The notes beneath the pieces were generated by a model. It saw only the letters and a program-made list of their open reading frames with translations. It did no database searches and was not told the origin of the DNA. Made by a program: the position numbers and the translations under genes. Shown piece by piece: positions 48,007 to 57,755 of a DNA stretch of 64,000 bases (the first letter of the stretch is position 1; each line of letters starts with the position of its first letter). Source of the DNA: Acidobacteriota bacterium (GTDB lineage Bacteria; Acidobacteriota; Terriglobia; Terriglobales; Acidobacteriaceae); assembly GCA_028876335.1 (NCBI GenBank), contig JAGWSG010000187.1, forward strand, positions 2,362 through 66,361. The letters run 5' to 3'.

Positions 48007-51000
48007 TGCTCTGAGCCGTTTGCGGGTGGCGCAGCCGCTCCCTTAGTGATCGACCGATCCTGCGCGGGCGTTGAAGGAAGCGACTCGTAGTCGAAACGGT
48101 ACGATCCCACCGGATTACCCGAGTCGAATCGAGTATTGAAGTTCAATTCGTAATTCAATGCGTCCGTATCGTCCGGATATTTTTCCGTCTTCGGATACGG
48201 ATATGCGCTCATCTTGTGGAAAGGCAACTGTGCCACCGTGTATGGCGAAGCATCCCACCAATCCATATCCTTCACATATCCGTTGGCATAGAAGAAGTAA
48301 TCGCGCTTCCAGTGCGGTGGCAAGGTCGGCAGCGTGTACGTGTCAAACTCCGCAGCAATTTCCTCACCGCTTCCAAAAATCGCGAACTTGTCGTCAATGC
48401 CCTTCAATAGCGGCGTCACATCGCCGAAACGCGTGTAGTTCCCGCGCTGCCTCTGGAAGGGTCCCGTCAGGCTTACGCGGTTGTAGTCGTAGTTCAAATC
48501 GCCTGAACTCTTGCCCTCAATCTGCAACGGATATCCACGGAAGTGTTCCGTCGCGTGTGTAAGCTGCATCTCACTCGTGCGGAACTCGCCCGCTGGCTCA
48601 TTGTCGACCAGCACCTGATCCCAATAAATCTCCAGGTTCGATACCAGCCTGATCTTCTGCGTTCCACTTGGTAGCTTTCCTGTCAGGTCCACCACAATTG
48701 TCCGCTCCAGACCGGCAGGGAAGCCTGCCTCACCAGGAATGCGCTCCCACCTTCCGTTGGACAACTGTGCTTCCACATAGGGTGAAATCGGCTTGATCCC
48801 CGCTTGCCATGCCGCGTAGAGTGATGTCGCACTGAAGTAGTTCACGTAACCGGTCATCAGCAAATGCAACGGCTTCGACATATCTACTTGGCCCAGGTCA
48901 AGCGTCAGGTAGTGGGTATTCGCAAATCCGTCATAAGGCGTTGGTGTAAAGCCGCTGGCAAACGTGTGGTCGGCGTGGCTCAAAACACCAAGCACGTTGT
49001 GTCCATTACCATCCCAGGCGCCAAGCGGCAGCCGCGCCTGCGCCGAGGCAATCACGCGCCCGCTCGCAAAGGGAGGGTCGTCCAGGAACCGCTCATCCGG
49101 ATTCACTTCCACATTCTCCGGATGATCCACTGCAACGAGCCGAAGCTGGTCAATATAGTTCACTTCTTCCATCGGCTCAATAAAGCGGATGCTCATCTTC
49201 CCGTCCACGGGCGCAATGTCATTGCCGTTTACTTTGATCCATTCGCTCGGGTTGGGCGTATTGCGACGCGTGGGTGTAAACCAGTGCCCCAGCACGCCCG
49301 CGCCAATCACATCTGTCACCAGCTTGTACTTGTGCCCGTCCCACACAAACAGTACCGGGCAACTACTGCCGCGCCGGTCCGCCTCTTTCATGGAAATCAC
49401 CGGCGTATGCGGCAAATCAATCTCATCCTGCAGCACGCCCGTGGGCCATAGTATGCGAAGCAATTGAATATGGTCTGCCTTGCCGAGCCCGATAAGCAAT
49501 TGCTTCGGTCCTTGCGTTGCATAGCCTGAGGCTCCTGGCAGCTCCCACTTTTGCCACTGTCCTTCGGCGTAAATTTCCACCTTGCTGCCAATCGCCGTCT
49601 TGTTGTCCGCGTAGCCAATCAGGTTCAGCAGTACCGAGTGATTCTTGTTACCGCCAATGTTGCGCAGCAGAACAGGCGCAGCGTCCTTCTGCGTCACAAT
49701 CAGGTCCGCAGCTCCATCTCCGTCCACATCCGCTGCAATCAGTCCACGCGCGGCTTTCAGATGTACCTTATCCAATCCAAGCCGGGAGGAAATATTTTCA
49801 AACGTGCCGTCACCCTTGTTGCGCAGCACCACCACACGCGCGCCCGCGCTCGTCTCCACAATGGCCGCCAGATCGATCCACCCATCATTATCGATATCGA
49901 TCGGCGTCACCCCCCAGGCGCTTTTTACGCCCGTCAGGGGAAGTTGTACGCGCACAAACACTCTTCCCTTGTGATTCGGACCTTCCACATTCCGCCACAA
50001 CGTCAGCCCGGGAGCACCGTCGTGCGTAACGGCAATATCCATCCAGCCGTCTTTGTTGTAGTCCAGCACCGTTATCCCGCGCGACTCCGGCAACTTTTCG
50101 TCATACAAAGCCTGCGCCGGATATTTCCCCTCGCGCGGATTCACATACAGCGTGGGCGATGTGCTACCGCCCGTTACCGCAATGTCCACCGCGCGGTCAT
50201 TGTTGAAGTCAGTCAGAATTGCCGCATTGGTTTTTGACGTTCCACCCAGTGCCGCCTCCTCCGTCCATTCGGTAAACGTCTTGTTTCCATTGTTGCGCCA
50301 CAAAACATTGGCTTCACCGCCCGTCTGCAGCGGTGCCCCAGTGAGAAACAAATCCAGGTCTCCGTCATGATCGAAGTCGATGAACGAAATTCCTGTCGGC
50401 TTGTTCTTGGCGGTAATTCCCACACTCGCCGTCACGTTCTCGAACTTACCTTTGCCCAGATTGCGGAAGAACATCACTTTGTCGCTGAAGGCAACCGCAA
50501 GATCGTTCAACCCGTCTGCATCGAAATCGCCCACCGTACATGCCACCGCATCGCCAGAAGCTTGCAAGCCAAGATCGGCTTCGTTCAGTTCCGTAAATTT
50601 CCCATCCTTCTCGCGGTGATAGATACGAATGGCTTTGTTGCTATCGGACATCAGTACAAGATCCATTTGTCCCGCGCCGGTCGCGTCGAGCATGCAGGCG
50701 CCTCCCGTAGCCTCATGCAGTTCCGCATTGCCGCCAATCTCGCTGGCCTCAAACTTTACCGGAATCATCTCCGCCTGCTGTTCCTGCGGTTGTTCGACTG
50801 GAAGGACCGTCGAGTAGTGTCCCTGTTCTCCATAGGCCAGTCCAATCGGCGTTGAAATCTTGGTCGTCGAAAGATGGCGGAAAATGACGAAATGCTCGCG
50901 CGCCGCTGGTGTGTCTCCTGAGCGTTGCAGCGCGCGCGCCATCGCGAACTCTGCGGATGCATGCAGTGGCTGATTATCCAGCGCTTTCTTGAACATTGCG

Positions 51001-51509
51001 ATGGATTGCGCGTAGTCCTTCATCTCGCTCAGGCAAACACCGGCGAAGTAGTAGGAATCCGCGTCGTACGGATCGTACTTCACCGCATTCTGAAAGCTCT
51101 TCAGCGCCTCTGCTGTTTCATTGTTTGCGTGCTGTGCGAGCCCAAGGTTATACCAGGCCTGAGGATTATCTGGTGCAAGCCTCAACGCACTCTTCAGCGC
51201 TTCTTCCGCCTCGGGCAACTTCTGCAGATACATCAGCGCAATACCCTTGTTAATGGCTGCCTGTACCAGGTGCGGATCTTGTTCCAGCGCTTGAGTAAAT
51301 GCGGTGGCCGCTTTATCTGTGAACTGCTGACCCATTAAGGCAACACCGCGGTTATTGAGACGGATCGCCTCGGCTTCCGTCTTTGTCAGTGAAACTCCAT
51401 AGGCCGCATTCGCGCCAATGAGAGCCGCAAAACACACAGCTGCCAATCGAAAACCTCGCGTGTGTCCGCGCAGGCCTGAAAATTTGGTCAAAAGTCTCAT
51501 CAAAACCAA
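48003..51509 (-). CDS. Secreted TPR + FG-GAP/CRTAC1-like propeller + ASPIC/UnbV protein with a large C-terminal domain
   Basis: Signal peptide; about 5 TPRs; repeated DFDxDGxxD calcium-blade motifs; AIGSKVEI...GLG...ILWPTG; C-terminal SCPVLFVWDG domain. Confidence 0.88.
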   Translation of the reverse strand: MVLMRLLTKFSGLRGHTRGFRLAAVCFAALIGANAAYGVSLTKTEAEAIRLNNRGVALMGQQFTDKAATAFTQALEQDPHLVQAAINKGIALMYLQKLPEAEEALKSALRLAPDNPQAWYNLGLAQHANNETAEALKSFQNAVKYDPYDADSYYFAGVCLSEMKDYAQSIAMFKKALDNQPLHASAEFAMARALQRSGDTPAAREHFVIFRHLSTTKISTPIGLAYGEQGHYSTVLPVEQPQEQQAEMIPVKFEASEIGGNAELHEATGGACMLDATGAGQMDLVLMSDSNKAIRIYHREKDGKFTELNEADLGLQASGDAVACTVGDFDADGLNDLAVAFSDKVMFFRNLGKGKFENVTASVGITAKNKPTGISFIDFDHDGDLDLFLTGAPLQTGGEANVLWRNNGNKTFTEWTEEAALGGTSKTNAAILTDFNNDRAVDIAVTGGSTSPTLYVNPREGKYPAQALYDEKLPESRGITVLDYNKDGWMDIAVTHDGAPGLTLWRNVEGPNHKGRVFVRVQLPLTGVKSAWGVTPIDIDNDGWIDLAAIVETSAGARVVVLRNKGDGTFENISSRLGLDKVHLKAARGLIAADVDGDGAADLIVTQKDAAPVLLRNIGGNKNHSVLLNLIGYADNKTAIGSKVEIYAEGQWQKWELPGASGYATQGPKQLLIGLGKADHIQLLRILWPTGVLQDEIDLPHTPVISMKEADRRGSSCPVLFVWDGHKYKLVTDVIGAGVLGHWFTPTRRNTPNPSEWIKVNGNDIAPVDGKMSIRFIEPMEEVNYIDQLRLVAVDHPENVEVNPDERFLDDPPFASGRVIASAQARLPLGAWDGNGHNVLGVLSHADHTFASGFTPTPYDGFANTHYLTLDLGQVDMSKPLHLLMTGYVNYFSATSLYAAWQAGIKPISPYVEAQLSNGRWERIPGEAGFPAGLERTIVVDLTGKLPSGTQKIRLVSNLEIYWDQVLVDNEPAGEFRTSEMQLTHATEHFRGYPLQIEGKSSGDLNYDYNRVSLTGPFQRQRGNYTRFGDVTPLLKGIDDKFAIFGSGEEIAAEFDTYTLPTLPPHWKRDYFFYANGYVKDMDWWDASPYTVAQLPFHKMSAYPYPKTEKYPDDTDALNYELNFNTRFDSGNPVGSYRFDYESLPSTPAQDRSITKGAAAPPANGSEQ

Positions 51510-51676
51510 GTGTACGAGAGCCAGCCTCTGCTGCCCACCCCTCCCAAACTTGACTTTTCATTCATGAAAAGAGTTACCGCCATGGCACTCGTCGCATGGA
51601 AGTCACGTTCTGCATTTGCTTGCAAACTATTGCCGTGATACGTTCCTCAATAAATTGCCGTATATAGAGATTCTCC

Positions 51677-52882
51677 ATGAGTTCCAATCCGCAGGTCGAT
51701 TACTGGCACCGCGTTTATCTGCTCTCCGCATGGCGCAGGAGTTTGTACACCGTTCTTGGCTTTGTTCTCTTCGCGGCTGGTCTGTTCTTCTCACTCGCAA
51801 TGAGCGCTTCCAACGGCAAATTTCCAGCCGCAATCTCAGCGCTTTTTCTGCTCGGTACCGGGATTTATCTGCTGAGTTACGGTCTGCGCAGCCGCATCAC
51901 ACTGAATGGCACACGCATTACCGTGCGCGGACCGTTCCGTGAGCAGTCCGCGGATCAAAGCGAAATTGAAGGCATGCGTACCTACTCTGACCGAAGCGGC
52001 ACCTACACAAAACTCTATTTAAAGGAAGACCGCGGCTCCATCACCTTCCTCAATGGCTTTGAAACAGATGGTGACTTCGACACGTGGTTTCGCAACATTC
52101 CCAATCTCGACCAGCGTGACCGCGACGCCATTCTCGACCAGGTTGAGCGCGATGAATCACTTGGTTCCACCCCCGATGAACGCAAGGCCGCCTTGCGCTA
52201 TGCCATAGCCTGGGCCGTGTTGCTGCACGTCCTCGTCATCATGGCCGCGGCTGCTCTCAACTTCGGAGACGAATCGCTGCAGCAGGGCGCCGCGCTCATT
52301 GTCGCGCTCACGCCCATTGCGGTCATCGCACTCGTTTGGAAGTCGCCGCTTCTGTACACAGTCTTTCGTGCCAAAAAAGACCCCCGCAGTGAATTGGGCT
52401 TCGTTCTCTTAATTGCCGGCTTTGCATTGCTCATTCGCTGCAGAGGCATTCACATGGTCTCGCTCCAGAACGCCCTCGCACTTACTGCGTTGCTGACCAT
52501 TATCCTCATCGCTGCGCTCTTTAACACCATGCGGTCCGGAGCAGCCGTTTGGGGGCGTATGATCGCGCTCGTTTTCGCCCTCGGTATGTATGGCTATGGC
52601 CTCATCGTCGTGACTGACGCACTTTCTGACCACTCCAGTCCCACCAGTTACGCAACCATGGTGGTCGGTAAACACATCTCGCACGGCAAATCGACATCCT
52701 ACATCCTCGATCTCGCTCCCTGGGGGCCTGTTCAAGATCAGAACCACATCTCCGTCACTCGCCGTGGTTATTACGCTGCCCAATTGCGCGACCCCATCTG
52801 CTTCAACCTGTATCCCGGAGTGCTGCATCTCGCCTGGTATCAAGTCACTCCGTGTACCAGTCAGACCTACACTGCTCCTTGA
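51677..52882 (+). CDS. Hypothetical polytopic membrane protein
   Basis: Two TMs, a soluble PH-like segment, about six TMs, then a soluble C-terminus. No family recognised. Confidence 0.7.
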   Translation: MSSNPQVDYWHRVYLLSAWRRSLYTVLGFVLFAAGLFFSLAMSASNGKFPAAISALFLLGTGIYLLSYGLRSRITLNGTRITVRGPFREQSADQSEIEGMRTYSDRSGTYTKLYLKEDRGSITFLNGFETDGDFDTWFRNIPNLDQRDRDAILDQVERDESLGSTPDERKAALRYAIAWAVLLHVLVIMAAAALNFGDESLQQGAALIVALTPIAVIALVWKSPLLYTVFRAKKDPRSELGFVLLIAGFALLIRCRGIHMVSLQNALALTALLTIILIAALFNTMRSGAAVWGRMIALVFALGMYGYGLIVVTDALSDHSSPTSYATMVVGKHISHGKSTSYILDLAPWGPVQDQNHISVTRRGYYAAQLRDPICFNLYPGVLHLAWYQVTPCTSQTYTAP

Positions 52883-52909
52883 ACATGCCCCGCAATTTAT
52901 ACTTCAGTC

Positions 52910-54004
52910 GTGATGCCGCCTGAGGAAATGCTTGACTGGCACGCCTTTCTGGCGCGTCCTCCACTTGCGTCTCCCTCGCAGGAAACGCTTCGCGCACTCT
53001 CTCATCAGACCATTCTGATTACAGGGGCGGGCGGTTCCATTGGCTCTGCACTCGCGCTACGCCTTGCCCATACACAGGCCGCATCGCTGCTACTGCTCCA
53101 GTCATCTGAGTCGCATCTCGCCGCGCTCCAGAAAGCTCTGCGCAATTGCAGCATTGCGGTCGAACTTGAATTCGTTCTCGGCAATGCCGGCGACGCCGTG
53201 CTTCTCAACAAAATCTTCGCCACTCACGCGCCTCAACTCGTCTTTCATACCGCCGCGTACAAGCAGGTCCCGCTCCTTGAGTCGCAGCCTTTTGCCGCGC
53301 TTGAAAACAACGCACTCGTCACAAACACGCTCGCGGACATTTGCGCAAAGCACAAATCCACGCTCGTCCTGCTCTCCACAGACAAGGCAGCCGCGCCGTC
53401 TTCCATGCTGGGTGCCAGCAAGCGTCTCGCGGAGCTTTCTGTGCTTTCTTCTGGCGGACGCGCGGTCCGCTTCGGTAACGTACTCGGCTCGCGTGACAGC
53501 GTGACCCACATCTTTGCCCGCCAGGCGTTGCAGGGTGGCCCTCTCACCGTCACCGATCCTGAAGCCGAGCGTTACTTCCTCACCGTTGACGACGCCGTCA
53601 ATCTCCTGCTTGCCGTTGCCGCTGAACCTGCTCCCGGACTCTTCGCTCCCAGGCTTCAGACCTCGTACTGCATTGCCGATCTGGCGCGTTACATCGCAAA
53701 CACGCTCAAGCCTGAAAACAATCTCCGCATCGCATTTTCCTCGCTCCGCGCCGGAGAAAAGCTCATCGAGCAACTCTGGTCTCCCGATGAAAACGCCATA
53801 CCCGCATTGAATCCTGATCTGTATCGCATCGCAACACCGCTTCCCGCGCCTGCCAGGCTCGCACAAATCGTCGCAACTCTCGCGGCCGCGTGCAATGCGC
53901 GCGATCTCACTGCGGCGCTCGATGTAATCCGCGAAGCCATACCTGCATATGTGCCTGGCCCCACCGTTCTCTCATCGCAACCGTCAGCGCGGGTAACCCC
54001 ATGA
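52910..54004 (+). CDS. CapD/PglF-like NDP-sugar 4,6-dehydratase domain (soluble, short)
   Basis: ITGAGGSIG, HTAAYKQVP, LSTDKA, GASKR, VRFGNVLGSR, GEKL.E.L. Confidence 0.85.
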   Translation: MMPPEEMLDWHAFLARPPLASPSQETLRALSHQTILITGAGGSIGSALALRLAHTQAASLLLLQSSESHLAALQKALRNCSIAVELEFVLGNAGDAVLLNKIFATHAPQLVFHTAAYKQVPLLESQPFAALENNALVTNTLADICAKHKSTLVLLSTDKAAAPSSMLGASKRLAELSVLSSGGRAVRFGNVLGSRDSVTHIFARQALQGGPLTVTDPEAERYFLTVDDAVNLLLAVAAEPAPGLFAPRLQTSYCIADLARYIANTLKPENNLRIAFSSLRAGEKLIEQLWSPDENAIPALNPDLYRIATPLPAPARLAQIVATLAAACNARDLTAALDVIREAIPAYVPGPTVLSSQPSARVTP

Positions 54005-55194
54005 GCCAGCCAACCGCAAATAAACGCCGCATAGGCGTCGTCACCACGTCGCGTGCCGACTACAGCCACCTCTACTGGCCACTGCGTGAACTCGCCGCGC
54101 GCAACGACATCGAACTCGGCGTCTTCGTCCTCGGCCCGCATCTCTCTCCGCTCTACGGCAACACGATTGCCGAAATTGAGCGCGACGGCTTTCCCATCAA
54201 AGCCCGCATCGAGTGCTTGCTCAGTTCCGATACAGACACCGGTATGGCCAAAACCATTGGCATCGCCATCGTCTCGCTCGCTGACGCGCTCACCGCCTGG
54301 CGCCCCGACATTCTTCTCCTCATCGCGGATCGCTATGAGATGCTCGCCCCTGCCGCCGTTGCCGTCGCCATGCGTATTCCCATCGCGCATATTGAGGGCG
54401 GGGAAGTAAGCCAGGGCGCAATCGACGACCAGATTCGCAACGCCCTCACCAAGCTCGCGCATATCCACTTCACGTCCACTGAGACAGCGCGCCGTCGCGT
54501 CATCTCCATGGGCGAGGAACCTTGGCGCGTCCATCACGCCGGCGCACCGTCCCTCGATCACATGCGCCGCTCCACACTGCTTGATCGAACAGCGCTCGAA
54601 GGCGAACTGAAAATCACTCTCGCCTCACCCACACTCCTCGCCGCTTGGCATCCGGTCACCATTCTGCAAAATACCAATGCGGAGGCAGATGCGTTTTTCG
54701 CCGCGCTCGCGCAATGGCACGGGCAACTGCTCTTCGTCTTCCCCAACTCCGACGCCGGCAGTCACGCGCTCATCGACCGCACCCGTGCCCTCGCCGCCTC
54801 CCGGGCAGATGCACACATTTTCGTGAACTTGTCCGCAGTCACCTATTGGAGCCTCTTGGGTCAGGTCGATGCCATGATTGGAAACTCTTCCAGCGGCATC
54901 ATGGAGGCAGCCTCCTTCGCTCTTCCCGCAATCAACGTTGGCATGCGCCAGCAGGGTCGCGAACGCGCCGCCAACACGCTGGATGCACCCGCTGACGCGG
55001 CAGCCATTTCCGAGGCCCTCAACCGCGCGCTCAATCCTGCCTTTCGTACATCACTCCAAGGCATGGCCAATCCCTACGGCAACGGCACCGCCGCCGAAAC
55101 CATCGCCCGCGTGCTTGCATCAGTTCCGCTCGGAAATATTCTCATCAAGCAACCTACCCCCGTACCGGAGCATGTAAGGGAGAAAGGCGCATGA
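54001..55194 (+). CDS. neuC: UDP-N-acetylglucosamine 2-epimerase (hydrolysing)
   Basis: VVTTSRADY, GPHLSP.YG, ADRYEML, HIEGGE.SQGAIDD.IRNALTKLAHIHF, GNSSSGIMEA, RQQGR, NPYGNG. Confidence 0.92.
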   Translation: MSQPTANKRRIGVVTTSRADYSHLYWPLRELAARNDIELGVFVLGPHLSPLYGNTIAEIERDGFPIKARIECLLSSDTDTGMAKTIGIAIVSLADALTAWRPDILLLIADRYEMLAPAAVAVAMRIPIAHIEGGEVSQGAIDDQIRNALTKLAHIHFTSTETARRRVISMGEEPWRVHHAGAPSLDHMRRSTLLDRTALEGELKITLASPTLLAAWHPVTILQNTNAEADAFFAALAQWHGQLLFVFPNSDAGSHALIDRTRALAASRADAHIFVNLSAVTYWSLLGQVDAMIGNSSSGIMEAASFALPAINVGMRQQGRERAANTLDAPADAAAISEALNRALNPAFRTSLQGMANPYGNGTAAETIARVLASVPLGNILIKQPTPVPEHVREKGA

Positions 55195-55823
55195 TTGGCT
55201 CGCAGGAAATGCTCCGGAAGGGGGCGCGCATCATTGAGCCTGTACTTCAACCGTGGGGCTTTGAGTTTCGTCATTTCGGCGCAGGCGCTAGTTCTGGCGG
55301 GCAATTCGCGAGCGGTGAATTCTTTCGTTTGAACCGCAGTCTCGAACTGCATTTTCGAAATAGCCTCGGGCTCGTTACCTATTCAGCCGGTCAATTCAAT
55401 ACTTCCCATGAGACATACATGCGTGAGCTGGGGGTCTGGAACGATTGTCATTACCCGGGCTTCTCGTCAGATCCGCTCCAGGCTTTCGCTGGACTTGCTC
55501 ATGATCTCCAGTTCGCTGAGGATTTTCTCCACGGCTCTGCGGAGGTGCTAGAGCGGGCTGCGGTGAATGAGGCCGCTTCCAACGCGCAAAAGACGGAAGC
55601 GGATATGGCTTCATACGTTGGAGATACTGCGCAACTGACAACTCTGCATGATGCCTTCTACGCGCGCGATTACAACCAGGTACTCGCGATTGCCGCAATA
55701 CTCAAATACCCTGATCGTTTGAGCAGAGCGCAGCAAACCATGATTCAGATAGCCCGTGACAGGTCAAATCCAGTTCAAGAGCATTCATTTTTCAAGCTGT
55801 CCAAAGATCAGGGGCGCAAGTGA
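55191..55823 (+). CDS. Hypothetical protein embedded in the sugar operon
   Basis: 210-aa ORF with ATGA overlap to neuC and GTGA overlap to the aminotransferase. No recognisable motif. Confidence 0.65.
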   Translation: MIGSQEMLRKGARIIEPVLQPWGFEFRHFGAGASSGGQFASGEFFRLNRSLELHFRNSLGLVTYSAGQFNTSHETYMRELGVWNDCHYPGFSSDPLQAFAGLAHDLQFAEDFLHGSAEVLERAAVNEAASNAQKTEADMASYVGDTAQLTTLHDAFYARDYNQVLAIAAILKYPDRLSRAQQTMIQIARDRSNPVQEHSFFKLSKDQGRK

Positions 55824-56959
55824 AAATCCCCCTCTCAGCTCCCGACATCACCGAAGCCGAAATCGCCGCTGTCACGCGTGTCCTCCGCACGCCTCATCTC
55901 AGCCTCGGCCCTGAACTCACCGCATTCGAGCAGGAGTTTGCCGCTTACCACCGCGTGCCGCACGCCGTCGCCGTCAGCTCAGGCACCGCAGGCCTCCACC
56001 TCGCACTTCTTACCCTCGGCATCGGCCCCGGCCACGAAGTCATTCTCCCCGCCTTCACCTTCGTCGCCGTCGCCAACGCCGTCCTTCAGGTAGGTGCAAA
56101 ACCTGTTCTGGCCGACATCGACGCCACCACGCTCAACCTCGACCCCGCAAGCGTCGAAGAAAAAATCACCCCGCGCACGCGTGCCATCATCGCCGTTCAC
56201 ACCTTCGGCATCCCTGCGGATATCGATGCGCTGCTCGACATCGCGCGCCGTGACAACCTCTTCCTTATAGAGGATGCGTGTGAGGCTATCGGAGCCGAGT
56301 GGAACTCGCCGGTCCACTCTGGTCGCGCCGGCAGTTTCGGCCATCTTGCCGTCTTCGGCTTCTACCCCAACAAGCAAATCACCACTGGTGAGGGCGGAAT
56401 GGTCCTCGCGCACGACCCCGTGCACGCCGACCGCCTTCGTTCCCTGCGTAATCAGGGCCGCCTCCCAGGGGCCGGCTGGCTCGACCATTCCGAGCCCGGC
56501 TATAACTACCGTCTCTCCGAGTTAGCCTGCGCACTCGGCCGCGTCCAGCTCACCCGGCTTCATGAGATTCTTCCCCTCCGCGCTTCCGCCGCCCAGTGCT
56601 ACAACAATCTGCTTGCCGGCGTTGACGATCTCATTCTTCCGCCCCTCGCCGTGTCCCATCGCACTCTCAGTTGGTTTGTGTATGTCGTACAAATTCCAAA
56701 TTCCATCGCGCGGCAAACCAACGGCCGTGCCCGCATCCGCCAGGCACTGGAAGAGCAGGGAATCGCGACCGGCCTCTATTTCCCGCCGCTCCATCGCCAG
56801 CCGGCATTGGGAGCTTCTGTCGGAGGCTCCGGTTTTCACCTTCCCGTCACAGAAAGCGTTTCCAGTCGAACCCTGGCCCTGCCATTCTTCACGCGCATCA
56901 CAACCGAAACGCAGAGCTTCGTCGCCCAGGCACTTCTCGCCGCCCTTCAAACAAAGTGA
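55820..56959 (+). CDS. DegT/DnrJ/EryC1/StrS PLP aminotransferase
   Basis: SSGTAGLH, IEDACEAIG, FGFYPNKQITTGEGG, GYNYRLSE, LALPF. Confidence 0.95.
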   Translation: MKIPLSAPDITEAEIAAVTRVLRTPHLSLGPELTAFEQEFAAYHRVPHAVAVSSGTAGLHLALLTLGIGPGHEVILPAFTFVAVANAVLQVGAKPVLADIDATTLNLDPASVEEKITPRTRAIIAVHTFGIPADIDALLDIARRDNLFLIEDACEAIGAEWNSPVHSGRAGSFGHLAVFGFYPNKQITTGEGGMVLAHDPVHADRLRSLRNQGRLPGAGWLDHSEPGYNYRLSELACALGRVQLTRLHEILPLRASAAQCYNNLLAGVDDLILPPLAVSHRTLSWFVYVVQIPNSIARQTNGRARIRQALEEQGIATGLYFPPLHRQPALGASVGGSGFHLPVTESVSSRTLALPFFTRITTETQSFVAQALLAALQTK

Positions 56960-57202
56960 TTTCCATCGCCACCATCGGAGCACCCTGACACTCTGATAAT
57001 GGACGTTCCAACGACTCACTGAAGAATTTTGATGGAACTTACGTGTTTTTAATAAGGCATAGATACCTTTCCGCCCTACACTACATCTAATCCAGTAACA
57101 AGCAGTTGCAGTTATCCAACCCCTGGGGCTTGGGTTTCTGCTTTCTCTCTTTGCAAACTTGTTCGTATCGCGAAAGCCTGCACGAAACGGCGGGCGTGTC
57201 GC

Positions 57203-57231
57203 TTGACAGGGGATAGAAACGAGCGCATCAT
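57203..57231 (+). promoter_or_regulatory. Candidate sigma70 promoter
   Basis: TTGACA-N17-CATCAT upstream of a structured leader. Confidence 0.5.
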
Positions 57232-57365
57232 CGTGCCAAATTGGGATCGGAAATCACTCTAATCCCGACGGCGAACTACGCAGTTCGCCGTCAAGGGCAA
57301 TGTTCTGCTACGACTTTCCTCAGCACCCTGGACTCACAAGAGTCTTTTCTCATGAGAAGGTGCCT

Positions 57366-57701
57366 ATGGTGGTTCGAACGCAATGCAAGGGTCGCACTTT
57401 TACAGGGCTCCATGTTGGAGTAACGAATGCACGCCGCTATTTTCCAAAGGGCACTCCGGCTGTAGATCTCTTTCTCGATCATCTCCAGATTCAATGTGCG
57501 CTTAAACCTGATTTCTGGGATGGTGAAGCAGACATCACCGACGCCCGGCTCAGTGCATGGCTTGAGGCAAAGCATCCAAACGGAACGCCGTGTCGACAGC
57601 CAATTGCGCTTGATCTGGTCCCCGCGGGAAATAATGCATTTCGGTTGCAGGCCATTTCTGCGCATCAAGTCAAAGTTGTCGTACCTCAGAATGCAGCCTG
57701 A
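57366..57701 (+). CDS. Small hypothetical protein (111 aa)
   Basis: GAAGG SD; MVVRTQCKGRTFTGLHVGVTNARRYFPKG...LSAWLEAKH. Plausible globular composition. Confidence 0.7.
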   Translation: MVVRTQCKGRTFTGLHVGVTNARRYFPKGTPAVDLFLDHLQIQCALKPDFWDGEADITDARLSAWLEAKHPNGTPCRQPIALDLVPAGNNAFRLQAISAHQVKVVVPQNAA

Positions 57702-57755
57702 CCTGTATGAGTCTCGATCGACAGCCTGCCGCAGCTTTCTGCTCAAGAGATAAGT

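Noticed and set aside
43321-54561. Other long overlapping ORFs (43321-44265, 45749-46561, 53102-53866, 53689-54561)
   Set aside because: Antisense to well-supported genes, with no independent motifs.
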